From NCBI RefSeq assembly GCF_006345805.1, contig NC_043009.1, forward strand, positions 39,494,001 to 39,558,000: 64,000 nucleotides of DNA, in the 5' to 3' direction. The translations under genes were made by a program, and so were the position numbers. The notes beneath the pieces are model-generated. The model ran no database searches. It had not been told where the DNA came from and saw nothing but the letters and a program-made list of their open reading frames with translations. This DNA is from Octopus sinensis (Eukaryota). This document shows, in pieces, positions 27,741 to 41,420 of this stretch (position 1 is its first letter; each line of letters begins with the position of its first letter).

Positions 27741-28821
27741 CTCTCGCTCCCTCCGTTCTCTGTCTCTGCCTGGCTATCTGCCTGTTTCTCTGTCTGCCTG
27801 TCTGTCTGTCAGTTTCTAGGAGCGATAACGCATACGAAAAAGACCATTCTATTGACTAAAAATTTACTGCCAGTCAGCGGAATTAACTGTATTAATAGTT
27901 GCTGATTTAGCCCACTCCTTGCCATTCTTTAGCATAAATAACTATGTATATAGATAAGATGTACGCACTTAGCTTAATATTGATACTAGATTCTTATACG
28001 AGAGTCTTATATGCAATCCATTAATGGATCGTACTTTCACTATCAACAGTAAAGCCGCCGGGTTTCATGCTATAAATGTTAAATGGAAAATGGAAGCATG
28101 TTCTGAGATATTGGTTCAAGAAGACAGATATTTCAAGTTATATTTAGATCTAGTTTCATTATAATTCTAAGCCGTATCCTTTAAGCCATGTTATTCAGTG
28201 AAATATCGAATAGACAAAATATGTAAAAATACAATCTGTTATTTCTTCATTTTCTTGTCTGCTCCTATCTGTCTTTTTCTACGAATCGATACGTCTGTCT
28301 AATTTTGTATATCTCTCTTTCTCTCTTTCTCTCTCACCCCCTCTCAGTTATTCTTCTGTTAGATTTACCCCCAACATGTTAGGACAAAAATATCGCATAT
28401 GTTCTACATATGAACAGCTTTTGACACCAGAAATATTTCGCACAAATATTTAGCCACTATTTTATTATTGTTTACTCATGGGCTACATCTCAAAGTATTT
28501 ATCTTTGCATGTATGTATACATATACTTACATAGAGACATAAAGATATATATTATATGTGTATACATACATTAATACATACACACGTATACACACGCGCA
28601 CACAGACATACACACACACACACATACACACACATAACGGAATATGTTTTAGCTGTCACTGAATTGAAAAATAAAACTAGGCGGAAAATTCTGAAATATA
28701 CATACATAGGCATACATAAATACACACACACTCACACATCTATATATGTATCACGTCCTCACGTTGTTGTGTTTTCTCTTTGTGTTTTCATGCTCGGATT
28801 AACTATATATTCGTGTGTGTG

Positions 28822-28903
<82 letters not shown>

Positions 28904-29049
28904 ATATATATACATACATACATATATATATGTCCAGGTATCGTAATATGGCTAAGAAACTTCCTTTGTAATCACGAGGCTTAGATTCCATTTCCATTGT
29001 ACGGCAATTATGGCCCAGGCCATATATATATGTATGTATGTATGTATGT

Positions 29050-32000
29050 CTTCTATTTCTTAATTCCTATAAATCTTCCACTGAGAAAGGAGCCGGTTTC
29101 CAACAAAGATACAACAAAGATACGTCTTTGGGATTTTGTTAAGACAGACATATTCACATGTGGAACTTGAGAAAAGTCTGGCATATTTTACTGTTCGACT
29201 CACAGAGTGGACTTGTATGAATCAGCCAGTCAATTTCTTCTTCTGAAAGTTCCAGTTGATCCAGATACTCCCTTAATCATTTTCTAACAAAACTATTATT
29301 GGTATGAATATGGATTCATTCTCTGGATATAGAATCTGGATCTTTCAAAGCGGCTATTCATAGATATCCTCTTTTTCTTTGATTTTCAATGAGATATCTA
29401 TATCTACAGGGCAGCTAACCTCTATGATGGTACATACTTTTGCCTCTTCTGTCTTCAAACAACAATATCCGGCGTGTTATGCTTACATTTGACAGACGTT
29501 TTGATGGGAATATTCCACCAGTGTTCATTCCGTTGGTGTTTATGAATATATTCCATAACAGAGGGATTTTCTAAGTTTACTTCGGGACAGTCTTTCTTGC
29601 GGATGGCATTGTAAATTGTTTTAGCAACAACATCGTACCGCATAGGGAGGTAGTACCGTGACAAAGTCTTACGACAGCTGCTAATCACATGCGTAATATC
29701 TTCCACAGAAACATGACATATGTGATTGCACCTAGGGATTACATGATCGTCACTGTCTCTCTTGTTCACCAGGTACTCTGTGGCAATCTCCTGTTATGGA
29801 TTACAAACGCATAGCCTTCAAAGTGTGATGTGATGTAGTGGTCTAGTGTCCAAGAGAGGCTACACTTCATGTCAATTCTACTGTCTTCTTCAAGCTTCCA
29901 GGCAACATACCCATGCATGCTCTCTTTTTTTTATGCTGAGTGTTTTCCATCCAGGTCTTCTCTGAGGTAAGAAAGCTCAGCTGTTTTGGGGCTGTACAGG
30001 AGATCATCAGGATGAGATTTTTTCTTGAGTAATTCACTGCCAACTCGTACAATGTTGCTCACTTCACTTTTCAGGACTGCATTAATATAATTTTTTTCGC
30101 TGCTGTTCTTTAGCAGGTGCTGCCAGAGTGATACCATACGGCATTTCAAGGCCGTCTGCACTGATCTCAGGCTTCTACCACATTCACTTCTTCTTAGGTA
30201 GAGCCTGTCAAAACTCACTGCTTTGTGGAAGTTCCCAGTTGCTGTCAGGATTTTGTGGGTTTTTATATCTATGGAGTGGATTTCCTCTACAGACCAATCA
30301 AGTATCCCAAATGTGGGATCAGCACTGGTACTGCAAATGCATTGTGGGATATTGTTTTGTTGTAAGAGGGGAGTTCCGACTGCCATATTTTCCTAAGTTT
30401 GGTGTAATATTCTCGGATCACTCTATCTTTATTCACAGTGCCTTCATATGATACATTTTCGTATATGCCTAGGTACTTGTAAAATTCTTTTTCTGGAATA
30501 GGAGAGATAGAACGACCGTTTATGCACAGGTTTTTGGTTTCGGAGACTGACTTTCCTCGTTCTATAACTAATTATGAACATTTATTTTAGACAAATTCCA
30601 TGCCTATGTCAGCTGAAAATATTCTTAATTCCAATTGTTTTTGGCATTGTTAATATTTTTAGCATAAATCTTCAGGTCGTCTACAAAACAATTATGAGTT
30701 ACATTGATATTTCTGGCAGTTGAAGATCCTAGCATGTAACCATTTGTTTTCTGCAGTAGGAATGATAATGAATTCAGTGCCAAAATGAAAAGAAATACAG
30801 GAAGTCTATCTCCCTGGAATATTCCCTTTGTAATACCTATACTATTAGTGACAATTATTCTGTTCTCAGTTGTAAGGCTAAGAATAGTTGTCCATGTCTT
30901 TGTGAGTCTCTCTATAGCAACAATTAAGGTAGTATGTACTTTTTCCAGATGTAGGCACTTTAACAGGCATAAATGAGGCATAGAGTCGAATGCCTTCTTA
31001 TAGTCAAACCATACTGTCATAAGGTTTCTGCGTTGTTTTGTTACTTCAGACAGTACAACTTTGTTTATTAAAAGTTGTTCGGCACATACCCACAATCCTT
31101 CTTCCTACCTACCAATTTCATCAGTCACAATGTTATTTGACTCACAATGGTCCTCGAAGAATTGGTTGAGGTAATTTGTGTACAGTTTGTACATAATGTT
31201 TGGCCAAAAAATGGGCTTGTAGTTTCCTGCCATCTCGGTGATTTCATTATTAGAAACAATGTGACCTTCCATAGTCTTTTTGAACATACGTATCAATTGC
31301 TTTCTATAAAATGTCAGCTTCTTGAAACAAAATCCAACTATTAGGTCCCTTCCAGGTGCCTTCCCATTCTGCAGTTTGCTTACTGCTATAAGGAAGGTTT
31401 CTGCATCAATTTTGTTATGTTTCACTTTTAGTGTTGCTACAGTATTCTCTCTCAATTGTATTGAACCATTATGCATTCAGGTTGAAAATAATTTTGCATT
31501 CCAAATTTTTGACGAGAATGATTGTAGATCTTCTTGGGAGGGAGCTTTCTTAATGCTTATGTTTTCCTTCCTCATCTCTCTGTATAATGCTTGTGGATTG
31601 CAGGCAAACTTGCGATTAATACCGGCTCGCTCAAAAATTCGGATTTTCTCGCTCATCGTCTTGAGTTCATGTTTTAAAGTGATTAAACTTTCCTCAAGAG
31701 CTCAGCGGGAAGACTTGCCATACAATTTCATTAATCTTTGTTTACGGTACATTTTACTGTTGTAGTTAAGCATCCAAAATGGCGGCGCACGTTATTGATG
31801 TTTTCTTCAAATTGTGTTTTCCATCTAGTTTGTTTCCGTTTAGTAATTTCGTTACTTTGTTCCTCCTAGGTGTTCTTTAGAAATAATAGTGGCTGTGTAT
31901 ATAAGAGTATTAATATTGCAGTATTATAAGAGCATTAATGATTTCATGTGCTCTCCAGCAACATCGTTGATAACTTTAAACGTTAGATCGTGTTGGGAAT
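29050..32000 (-). mobile_element. decayed R4/Dong-type non-LTR retrotransposon (RT + zinc finger + restriction-like endonuclease)
   Basis: Frame-broken minus-strand ORFs: KAPGRD...NYKPI (31105-31476); WFDYKKAFDS, GIFQGD, FVDDLKIYAK (30625-31095); CNHIC...HVISSC...MRYDVVAK, PDIVV (29455-29769); then KVCTIIEVSCPVD...KEKE, a PD-(D/E)xK-type endonuclease. Ends in an (ACAT)n tail near 29030-29048. The 5' boundary is approximate. Confidence 0.85.
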
Positions 32001-32311
32001 AATCTGTTGCTCAACGAAAGCTTCGAGAAATTAGCAAAATGTTTTTTGCGAATTGCAATTTAAAAATGTTTTTGAGTTGGATGTATTCCGCACTCTTCAC
32101 TATTGAATCAGCTAAATTTGGAGACACACACGAATTTAGCGATGGGTTTGTTTACATTATATTTTACGACGATTTGGGCAGATTTTGACCCGTTTCAGTA
32201 TTTTAGGAGTATCGAGGATTAGCTGATTTTTTTTTTAGCAAAAGATGCTTGTTGACGGTGCTGTTTCGCCGTGAAGTTGCGATGAGCTTCGTTCCATTAT
32301 TGTTTTAACTG

Positions 32312-32366
<55 letters not shown>

Positions 32367-32613
32367 ATATATATAATATATATATATATAAATTGAATTA
32401 GAGATAAATCCTCAATTAGGCATCTCAAACAGTGATACACATAAATCAACTGTTTGAGTTGCCTAATAATAGTTTTATCTCTAAATTAATTTATATTTAT
32501 ACTGTGAAATTTGATTTAATCCTAAATCTAATTTTTCCCTGTAAATTTGGATATACTCCCTAATATTATATATATACGTGTGTGTATACATATATGTATA
32601 TATATAATATATA

Positions 32614-32656
<43 letters not shown>

Positions 32657-33365
32657 TACACACGAACATATATAAGTATGTATGTAAGTATGTAGGAGGT
32701 AAGTAAGTAAGTAGGTAGGTAGGTATGTAGGTAGGTAGGTAGGTATGTGCACAGATACATATGCATGTAAATATAAAATAACAACGATTCCTGGTGGAAT
32801 TAAAGGTGTTTTGCAACTGAGAACCTGCAGTAATAATCTATTTTAAATGATGAAGATTGAGTGGAGAGTAAACTAAATACACGATAGTGAAACATCATAC
32901 TCGAGAAAAGGCAGTACGTGGGCTCTATCATTGGCAATGATAGAGAGCGCACGTTGTTTTGGTCTGTTAATTTACAGATGAAAATACAAGATAAAATTAT
33001 GACATCATTCAAGAAAAGAGACAGATTTAATTCGATGGTGATGATGAGGAATCAGCCTCTAATGTGCAACCTATAATTACGGACTGCAATGATGAAGAGG
33101 ATGCGTACGACGGTATCATTTACCTTAACGATTATCAAGGTTTATTCAGTGCTGGAGAATAGGAACGGTGTTATTTTACAGAATTTTTAGTGAAAATTTC
33201 CATATCAAATATTTGAGATTTAACATGTAATTTTAATTTAAAGCCATATTAAATTTCTACTTCGGTTGCGTATCATTAGACGGAGCTTAAATATTCACTT
33301 TCAGTCGTTATCTTATTTATGATTTTTCGTTTTAATATTTATAGCCGTAAATTATTTGCTCCGAA

Positions 33366-33545
33366 CAAAATGCTTAGCGGCAAGTCGTCTGTCTTTAAGT
33401 TCTCAGTTCAAATTCCATCAATGCTGACATTGTCTTTCGTCCTTCTTGGGGTCGATGAAATAAGTACAAGTTTAAAACTGAGTTGATATGATTAATCTAG
33501 CCCCTCCTCAAAATTGCTGGCCTTGTTTCAAAATCTGAAATCAAT
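33366..33545 (+). mobile_element. SINE family C, degenerate
   Basis: aaatgcttagcgg...gttcaaattcc...ggggtcgatgaaataagtac resembles the reverse complement of 33922-34158. Confidence 0.55.
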
Positions 33546-33784
33546 ATTCATAGTTTAAACTTATTTAGATAACGTAATAATAATCTAAACTCAACTTGTC
33601 TCCGTTAACATTGGTTTGACTTTTGATATATATGTTAATATTTTCTTTTCTTTTCTTTACATAGAGCCTCTTGATAACTTCTTTTATTTTAAACCCTGAC
33701 CCCCCACTCCTAACTGCATGATCCAGAGAAACGAATTCAGGCTATGTGTATGTGTATCGTTTACATACATATACACACACATCA

Positions 33785-33820
<36 letters not shown>

Positions 33821-33841
33821 CATACATACATACATACATAT

Positions 33842-33897
<56 letters not shown>

Positions 33898-33921
33898 CAG
33901 ACAACAGTTATAATGATTACC

Positions 33922-34158
33922 TATGTCTTTATTACCCACAAGAGGCTAAACATAGAGGGGACAAACAAGGACAGACATAGGTATTAAGTCGATTACATCG
34001 ACCCCAGTGCGTAACTGGTACTTAATTTATCGACCCCGAAATGATGAAAGGTAAAGTCGACCTCGGCGGAATTTGAACTCACAACGTAACGGCAGACGAA
34101 ATACCGCTAAGCATTTCGCCGGGCGTGTTAACGTTTCTGCCAGCTCGCCGCCTTACTT
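33922..34158 (-). mobile_element. tRNA-derived SINE family C with target-site duplication
   Basis: Minus strand aggcggcgagctggcagaaacgttaac...gagttcaaattccgccgaggtcgac. Flanked by a perfect 14-bp repeat ttataatgattacc (33908-33921 and 34159-34172). Confidence 0.85.
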
Positions 34159-34314
34159 TTATAATGATTACCGATGAGTAACATGCCAAGGAAAAGACAT
34201 ATATCCATTTACTAAACACTATCCTGGAGTTCTTTCTTACGATCGTTTATTATGACTATACAATGGGCATTTTGTCAGTATATATGTCCATCCGTCTATT
34301 TATCTGTCTCTCTC

Positions 34315-34351
<37 letters not shown>

Positions 34352-34380
34352 GTATCTATGTAACTATCTATCTATCTAGC

Positions 34381-35253
34381 TATTTGTGTGGAAGCGAAAC
34401 ACACTTGAAAAAGACGTGCCCAACCACTGCACACCAAGAGCAACAACAACAACCACTACCACAACCAAAGCACTCCGGAAAAAAAGCTCTACTACCCACA
34501 CCACCATCAACACAGAAGACGACAAGAGAAGCACACCAAGCTAATCCGTCATCAACCAAAAACCACTCGACACCTGAAAAAATACCAACACCACCATCAA
34601 CAGCAAAACCCAAAGAAACAGAAAAACAAAGAAAACACACACAAACTGATCCCCCATCCCTTATACCGCACTCAACCCACACAAACACTCAACAACCAAC
34701 AACAACGAAAACAACAACACAACCACTTACACAGACATACATAGAAGCCCACAACATACCCCTACCCCCTACCGATTCCTCAGAAATTTCGTCGGAAGAC
34801 GAAACCAGTGAGGAATGGCAAATAGCTACAAAAAGAAGGAAAATAAAGAGCAGAAACACAACCAAACCAAATGCAAACACGAACAAAGCAGGGGGAAATA
34901 CATCTCACGAAGACATTTCAAAACCCAACGCAATCAACAGCCACACCAACACCACAAAAATATATACAGCAAACATGCTCACAGCTATAGACACCAAAAA
35001 CACAAATTTGATGGAATACATCCAATCAAAAACTAACATAACAGAAGATGACATAAAAACAAACAATCACCCATACACAACACCACCAGACCACATCAAA
35101 ATATTACACATCTCCAAAAGTCTGCACCACACACTCAAAGGCATTTTCCCCAGCGCGGTTGGTAAATGCCAAACATATCTCACAAAGAAACTGTACTGGG
35201 ATCTCCTCGAGGACAAACCAAAGGAGGAGAAAGCAAAAACTTTCGAGCAGTAA
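34381..35253 (+). pseudogene. ORF1 C-terminal part (zinc-knuckle remnant followed by a low-complexity P/T/K-rich region)
   Basis: YLCGSETHLKKTC provides C-x4-H-x4-C of a gag-like knuckle. The part of ORF 34252..35253 upstream of about 34380 is microsatellite/flanking DNA. Confidence 0.7.
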
Positions 35254-35297
35254 GTAACCCTCTGTTCCTTTCACTTGTATTCTAATTCATTGGGACT

Positions 35298-38200
35298 ATG
35301 ATCAAGATTAGTTGTGTAAATGCGCGTGGCTTGGGGTCCCCTTGGAAACAAGGGTACCTCTTAAATGACATAAAGTCACATAAGTTAGAAATCATAGCAA
35401 TAAGTGAGACCAGACTCCACAATCCGCGGGCCCTAAAGACCATGTTTGGCGGACAGTTCAACATTTATTTTTCCCCCTGTCTGCCGAGAATGGGCGGTAG
35501 TGGCACCGCGGTACTTTTTCACAAGAGTCTGGATCTCAAAGTAAGGACAATATTCGTAGACCCGGAGGGTAGACTGGTCGTCCTGGATGTCGACGGCAGC
35601 AATGGGTGCGCTTTTAGACTCGTATCAGTCTACGCACCGCCCTTAACAGGTCGGGCGGATTTCTTTCAACGTCTAGAAGTATTCTTGGGAACGTCTCGTC
35701 CTTTACTCTTAGTGGGGGATTGAAATGCTACCTTGGACACGCATGTAGACTACGTGGGTAGAGATAGGAATAGACGGGGATGCAAATGCCTCAGAGACCT
35801 GCTCAGACGCTTTCAACTGTCTGACAGGTTCCGACTAGACCACCCGAATGCGCCAACGTGGACATGGAGCAACCGCATCGGGTCGTCGAGATCGTATCTA
35901 GATAGGATACTGTGTAGGACAGTAGACAGAGATAGCATAGGATGTCCACAATTCCACATAGTCAGCTACACGGATCACAAACTTGTGACATGTACGCTAG
36001 ACTTAGGTAAGACACTTAGGCAGGGTCCGGATACTGGAAACTAAACGCGTCTTTCCCATCGAGACAGGTTTTCAGAGACCGGATTAGCACACTAGTAAAG
36101 AGGGCTTTGACGGGAGCCATCATCAACAACAAATGGTGGTTTGCCCTCAAGAGAGCAGTAAAAGCAGAAGCGATTAGATACAGCAAAGCACTAGCCATAG
36201 ATAGAAATAGAGTAGAGGGTGAGCTAGATAAGAAGCTAGAAGAGGCAATTAGAAGCGGCATCGCATCCGACGTTTTGGCGGCGAGGTTGGTCCTCGACCA
36301 ACACTTCAACGCCAAACACGAAGGATGTGCTGTCAGAGCTAGGATGCGTGCTCTAAGGAACGAAGGTGTTGGAGCCGCGAGAGAGGCCCGGGTGGCAGAG
36401 GCGCAACAGGGCAACAAAGCCACCATTCGGTCCCTGGTAGATGAACAGGGGCGCGAATTGCTCGAGCCAAGTAAAATGTGTGAGGCCTTTCAGCAGCATT
36501 TAGTCCGACTGTTCGGAACGAGTGGAGGGCAAGAACGTAGGGTGGACTTCAGTGCCTACCTACATAGCCTACCACGACTCTCGACAAGAAAGGCAGGGTG
36601 CTGCGAAGGTGCCATAACGGCGGCGGAAGTGCGGGAAGCGATGGCAGAATGCTCGAGGGACAAATCACCGGGTTTGGATGGTCTACCCTACGAGCTTTAC
36701 AATTGTATGCCAGACTTGTTTGGAGATCTCTTGGCGGTGGTGTACTGCAACTGGCAGCAAAACGGGAGCATTCCTGGTTTTGTGAGCCGAGGAGCCGTAA
36801 CACTGCTGAAGAAAGATCTAAACAAGGGAAATGTAATAGATAACTTTAGGCCCATCACTCTGCTTAATGCAGACTTGAAAATTTTGGCCAAGGTGCTAGC
36901 CAAGAGGTTGGCGCTTGTCATCGAGAAACTGGTCGACAGGGCGCAAACATGCGCCGTGCCAGGCCGGACCATCCATGACAACCTTCACCTGATGCGCTAC
37001 ATCATAGACAGGGTAGTTAACGAACCTGGCATGGGTGGGGCGCTGATCAATTTGGATCAATCGAAAGCTTTCGATAGGGTGGACTATCGATACTTGGAGG
37101 CGGTCCTCGGAGCGGCTGGCTTCGGTCCCGTCTTCCGCGGCTGGATAGCCGCTTTGTGCAGAGGCATCCGTTCGGTAATTCGCGTGAATGGACATCTATC
37201 GAGACCCTTCGACATCGCACGTTCGGTCCGTCAGGGATGCCCCCTCTCGTCGCTTCTATACGTATTGACTCTCGAGCCATTATTGCGGAAGCTGGCAACC
37301 TTGAGAGGCATCCCGCGAGAACTGGGATGCGGGACGAGCGTGTCTGCATACGCGGACGACGTCACCGTCATAGTGTCTAGCCACGAGCACATCGAGCTGG
37401 TCGGCGAGACACTGAAAAACTACGAAGCGGTGACAGGAGCGAAAATCAACCGGGAAAAGTCAGTGGGCTTGCGACTAGGCACCTGGAGAAGCAAGCCCAT
37501 GCTGTCCACCAGCGCCTCCGTCGTGGGACGCTGGACCGACGGCCCGGTTGAGTTGCTCGGGGTCTGGTTTGGTCCGGACCTCCAAGTGGAGAAGAACTGG
37601 AACGAGATAACGAGTAGGGTGGTCACTCTCGCCCGGCAATGGGCCGAGAGGAAACTGTCCCTAAAAGGTCGGGCGGAGGTGGCGAACACGTACATCACGT
37701 CCGTCATCTACCACCGCCAGACCATCGTACCTTGTCCCGACCCTACCATCACCAAACTACAACGCATTCTCTTTCGCTTCTTGTGGAAAGGATGCGTCCC
37801 GATGGTCAGGCGATCCATTTGCTGTCAACACCCGTTAAAAGGAGGGCTGGGCATGCCGTGGTTGATGATGCACAGACACGCGCTGAGACTGCGACATCTC
37901 GGCTCTATGTAGACGACGCGGTGAACAGGTGTGGTCGCCGTTTGTGAGGCACGCTTTCCCGCAGCTCGTCTCCATGACCGAACTGCAGTCGTGGATCACA
38001 AAGAGGCCGAGGAAGGGCGAATGGCACCGCGAGTGTCGCGTTGCTCTCAAGCAACTCTGCCGTCCTGGGTCGACCTTGAGTGACTTCAACACAACCAATG
38101 CATTCTATAGGGGTTTAGTAGAGGGGAGGTACGACGACGAGCTCGGGGCGAACCTGGACGTCGACGAGGAATACCTGACCCGCCTGTTCAGGACGACTTT

Positions 38201-38735
38201 CGGGCCAGGGCCCATGGACAACTTCCAGAGATCCCTGGCCTGGCAGTGCTACCGAGAAGCGCTACCCGTTCGGGATAAGCTCTACAGACACGGCTCGAGA
38301 AACACGGGGCCGACCTGCCCGAGATGCGGTCAGAGCGACGAAACCGTTCTGCACGCACTCGTGCAGTGTCCAACAATTTCCGGCCTGTGGGCTTGTGTCG
38401 AACAACTGCTGTCACGTGTGGGACGAGTCAGTTTATCAGCTGAGTCTATCGTCAATATTGTCACGCCTCCCTCCTTCAAACGGGAAGGAAGAGCTATTTT
38501 CATCATCCTTGTGGCTATGGTGAAAGAACGTATCTGGTTGACGCGTCTGAAAGGATTGGAGACAAACACTTTCCTCTCTGGTCAATCTCTCATCAACTTC
38601 TTCAAGTACGACTTGAAAAGGAAAGTGAGAGTAGAGAGGCAAGTTTTGTCTAGCGAATGTTTTAAAAAAAGATGGGTGAATGTAGCAAGAATGGCACGTA
38701 TGAATGACGAAGCCACCTTGAGCATGATCCTATGA
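35298..38735 (+). pseudogene. ORF2: APE endonuclease + reverse transcriptase + CCHC (one nonsense codon, at least two frameshifts)
   Basis: MIKISCVNARGL...AISETR; LVGD*NATLD (TGA at 35721); SYLDRIL...YTDHKLV; GP(G)YWKLN with a frameshift near 36030; FRPITLLNADLKILAK, LDQSKAFDRV, RQGCPLS, AYADD; frameshift(s) near 37900-37920; CPRCGQSDETVLHALVQC. Confidence 0.92.
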
Positions 38736-39265
38736 ACCCAGAAATTGAAAACAGAGAGTTGCTTATTTGCAAAAAAAAAAAAAAGAAATATAACATGTGA
38801 CTCCATTGACCGAGGTTACCGTGGTCTTTTCCGTAGGTTTTTCTATCCACGGGTAAACCTCACCTGTCCTCCCCTTTACACTTCATATTGACATTTCTGC
38901 GATAACGATCCCTATTGATCAATTTTTTTTTCCTCTCCTCCTTTTTTTTAACCCCCCCTTATTTTTGTCCTCTTTCTCTCCATTTACGATCCCCTTTGAT
39001 CGAAACTCCCCCTTCCTTTTTTTTTTTTTTAAACCTTCAAAAGAAAAGCTCTACCTTGTAATTTGTTCTATCTGTGTGCAGCCCTGTGTGGCTAATAAAG
39101 AAACATATCTATCTTTCTATCTATTCATTTATGTGTCTATAGGTTTGCATATATAGACAATCGCACAAAGGCAGATATTCTCGCATACCGATTTACATAC
39201 ATTTATCTGGCCATGAGTTTGTGTCTGTGTGCATGCTATGTATTTATAGATGTATATGCACCTAC

Positions 39266-39304
<39 letters not shown>

Positions 39305-40611
39305 ACACACACACACACATACTCACTCAAACATACACACAAACATACACACACACAATCACACGAGTGCACACATACAAAACATACAGATTAATGCTAG
39401 TGCATCAAACCGAAATTTATTTGCTCCTAATTTCAATTAGGAAATAATAGATAAATTTATTTTATCTTTACTAAATTAGGCTAAAGTTTGATAATTATTC
39501 GCAGAGTAATTTCCGCAATAGCTGCATGTGTACCTCATATATTGTATCATATACAATACAGAAAAGTGAAATGGAGAAAACTATTGGCTATGCTGCAGAG
39601 AACGTTTCTAAACGTAATATTGAGTTGCAAACACCCTACTACTCAAAACATCCAATACTGTCATTTGAAATATGATTATTTTAACCAATTTCCCTTCTAG
39701 TTAAATGACATAACATAAACGTTATTGTATCTGTCTTTTCTAACGTTTCTTTTAGTTTTCGGCGGAATCTAATTTTACTGGAAACAGAATATGTAATTTG
39801 AACAAGAATCTCTTTTATCTTCCATAATGTGTCATTATGTGCCAGAATTCTGTGCAAATATAAATGCTTTCTAACATTCATTGATGTATTTCTGAAGTTG
39901 GTATTTCTCGTTCCCTAATTTCTTAATGTAACAAAAACACAAGTCCTAACTCCTTTATAGTAGGGAAAATCAAAGAAGGAAATGGAAGTGATTAATTTCT
40001 AAATCTCCTGCCAAGCTAAATCCATTGGCCGCTGGCGGTAATAACAGAGGTGTATTTGGATGTGAAAATATTATAGAGTAAATATATAGGACCAGTCTTT
40101 TTAACTCTATAATGAAAACCTAGTAAGTTCGCTTCGATATAGATGTATACTGTTGTTGCTATTTTATTGGTTTTATTGTTATTGTTGTGTTTATTTGTGT
40201 TATTTTGCTGCTCTTTTTTATTGTTATTCACTGACTGGCTTTGATGGAACACACCTAAAATAAAAGGCTTTCCAGCTGTGACTAGCTTGTGTTCTTGTTA
40301 TAGCTTGAATAACAACGTAAGCATAATTTGTTTTTTAAACATTCAATTGTTACTTCAGAAAATGTTACTACAGTTTCTAACAGGTTTATTCCTACAACGA
40401 GCTTGTTCACATGCTGATTCGTATTTGCCTATTTCCAAACGCCTGTGAAATGATTTTTAAAAATAGCAGCAGCATAGCTGTCAATTAGCGAATTGTGAAA
40501 GATTGACATTATCCAAGAAATTACTCAATTAACCGACAAATGTTCAATGTAGGTGTGTTTAAGATCTAAACTCGAGAAGCAGAGACGGTATGTCTCATAA
40601 ATATATTGGTT

Positions 40612-40797
40612 TCAAGTGCTGGCACAAGGCCGGCAATTTTGAGGGAATGGGTAATTCGATTACATCGACCTCAGTGCTCAGCTGGTACTTATTTGATCGA
40701 TTCCGAAAGATTGAAAGGCAAAGTCGACTTCGGTGGAATTTGAACTCAGAATGTAATGACTAGCGAAATGCTGAGGTCTCTACCTGTTCGCCGCCTA
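40612..40797 (-). mobile_element. SINE family C, degenerate
   Basis: gattacatcgacctcagtg...ctggtacttattt...aaggcaaagtcgacttcggtggaatttgaactcag matches 33985-34085. Confidence 0.75.
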
Positions 40798-40899
40798 AAG
40801 TCGCATAAGTATATCGATCGAAATTTTCGGACATTATCGACAATGCAGTCTGCAACAAATCAATTGAACTCATTGTGTAAATATTTCACATGTATGAAC

Positions 40900-41420
40900 A
40901 GCCATCTTCTCTGTCCGTTACTCCTTGAAGGTTAGTTGGCGTTGACTCCACAGGTACCTCTTTTACAGAGCTTTACCAGGAGCAACCGTCGATCCCTTGT
41001 TTGGCTGGAATCCTAAGTGTGACCAGTTGAGACCAGTTGAGATATTATCTAACCATCTCATTTTCGGTGTACCTCTAGGTCTCCTGCCGATTCGCTCGGC
41101 TTACAGGATCCGTTTTGCGACTTCTTCCCGCGACATTCTCACCATAGGTCTTTAGTACCAGAGATATAAACTTCTCAGTATGGAGAAGTAGCAGTTCCGG
41201 TTCAGGAAACTCACTTAGAGGGGACATGCACACTTCTGTGTAACTTTACGGCAGTTTGTATTCGACATCGTACTCTTTAAGTCGATACCCAACACTCATG
41301 ATCATAAATAAGAATGTGCGCGAAAACCGAACTGAACATAGCGAGTTTGGCTTTTTCACCAACCTGTTTTCAGAATTATATTCATACTACGAGATATTGT
41401 AGCATTCAGAGCAGGTTTTT
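40900..41420 (-). mobile_element. RTE-type LINE 3' remnant
   Basis: Minus-strand peptides KAKLAMFSSVFAHILIYDHECWV and RIL*AERIGRRPRGTPKMRWLDNI resemble the RTE ORF2 C-terminus. Confidence 0.65.

Larger units (their letters stand above)
34381..39104 (+). mobile_element. Tx1/L1-clade non-LTR retrotransposon, 5'-truncated within ORF1, ORF2 disrupted
   Basis: Contains an ORF1 remnant, an APE endonuclease, an RT and a C-terminal CCHC motif. The T-rich 3' UTR ends in aataaagaaac and is followed by a (TATC)-like tract. Confidence 0.95.

Noticed and set aside
32923-32945. tetO-like palindrome ctctatcattg-g-caatgatagag
   Set aside because: Single occurrence with altered spacing and no prokaryotic context; most likely chance.
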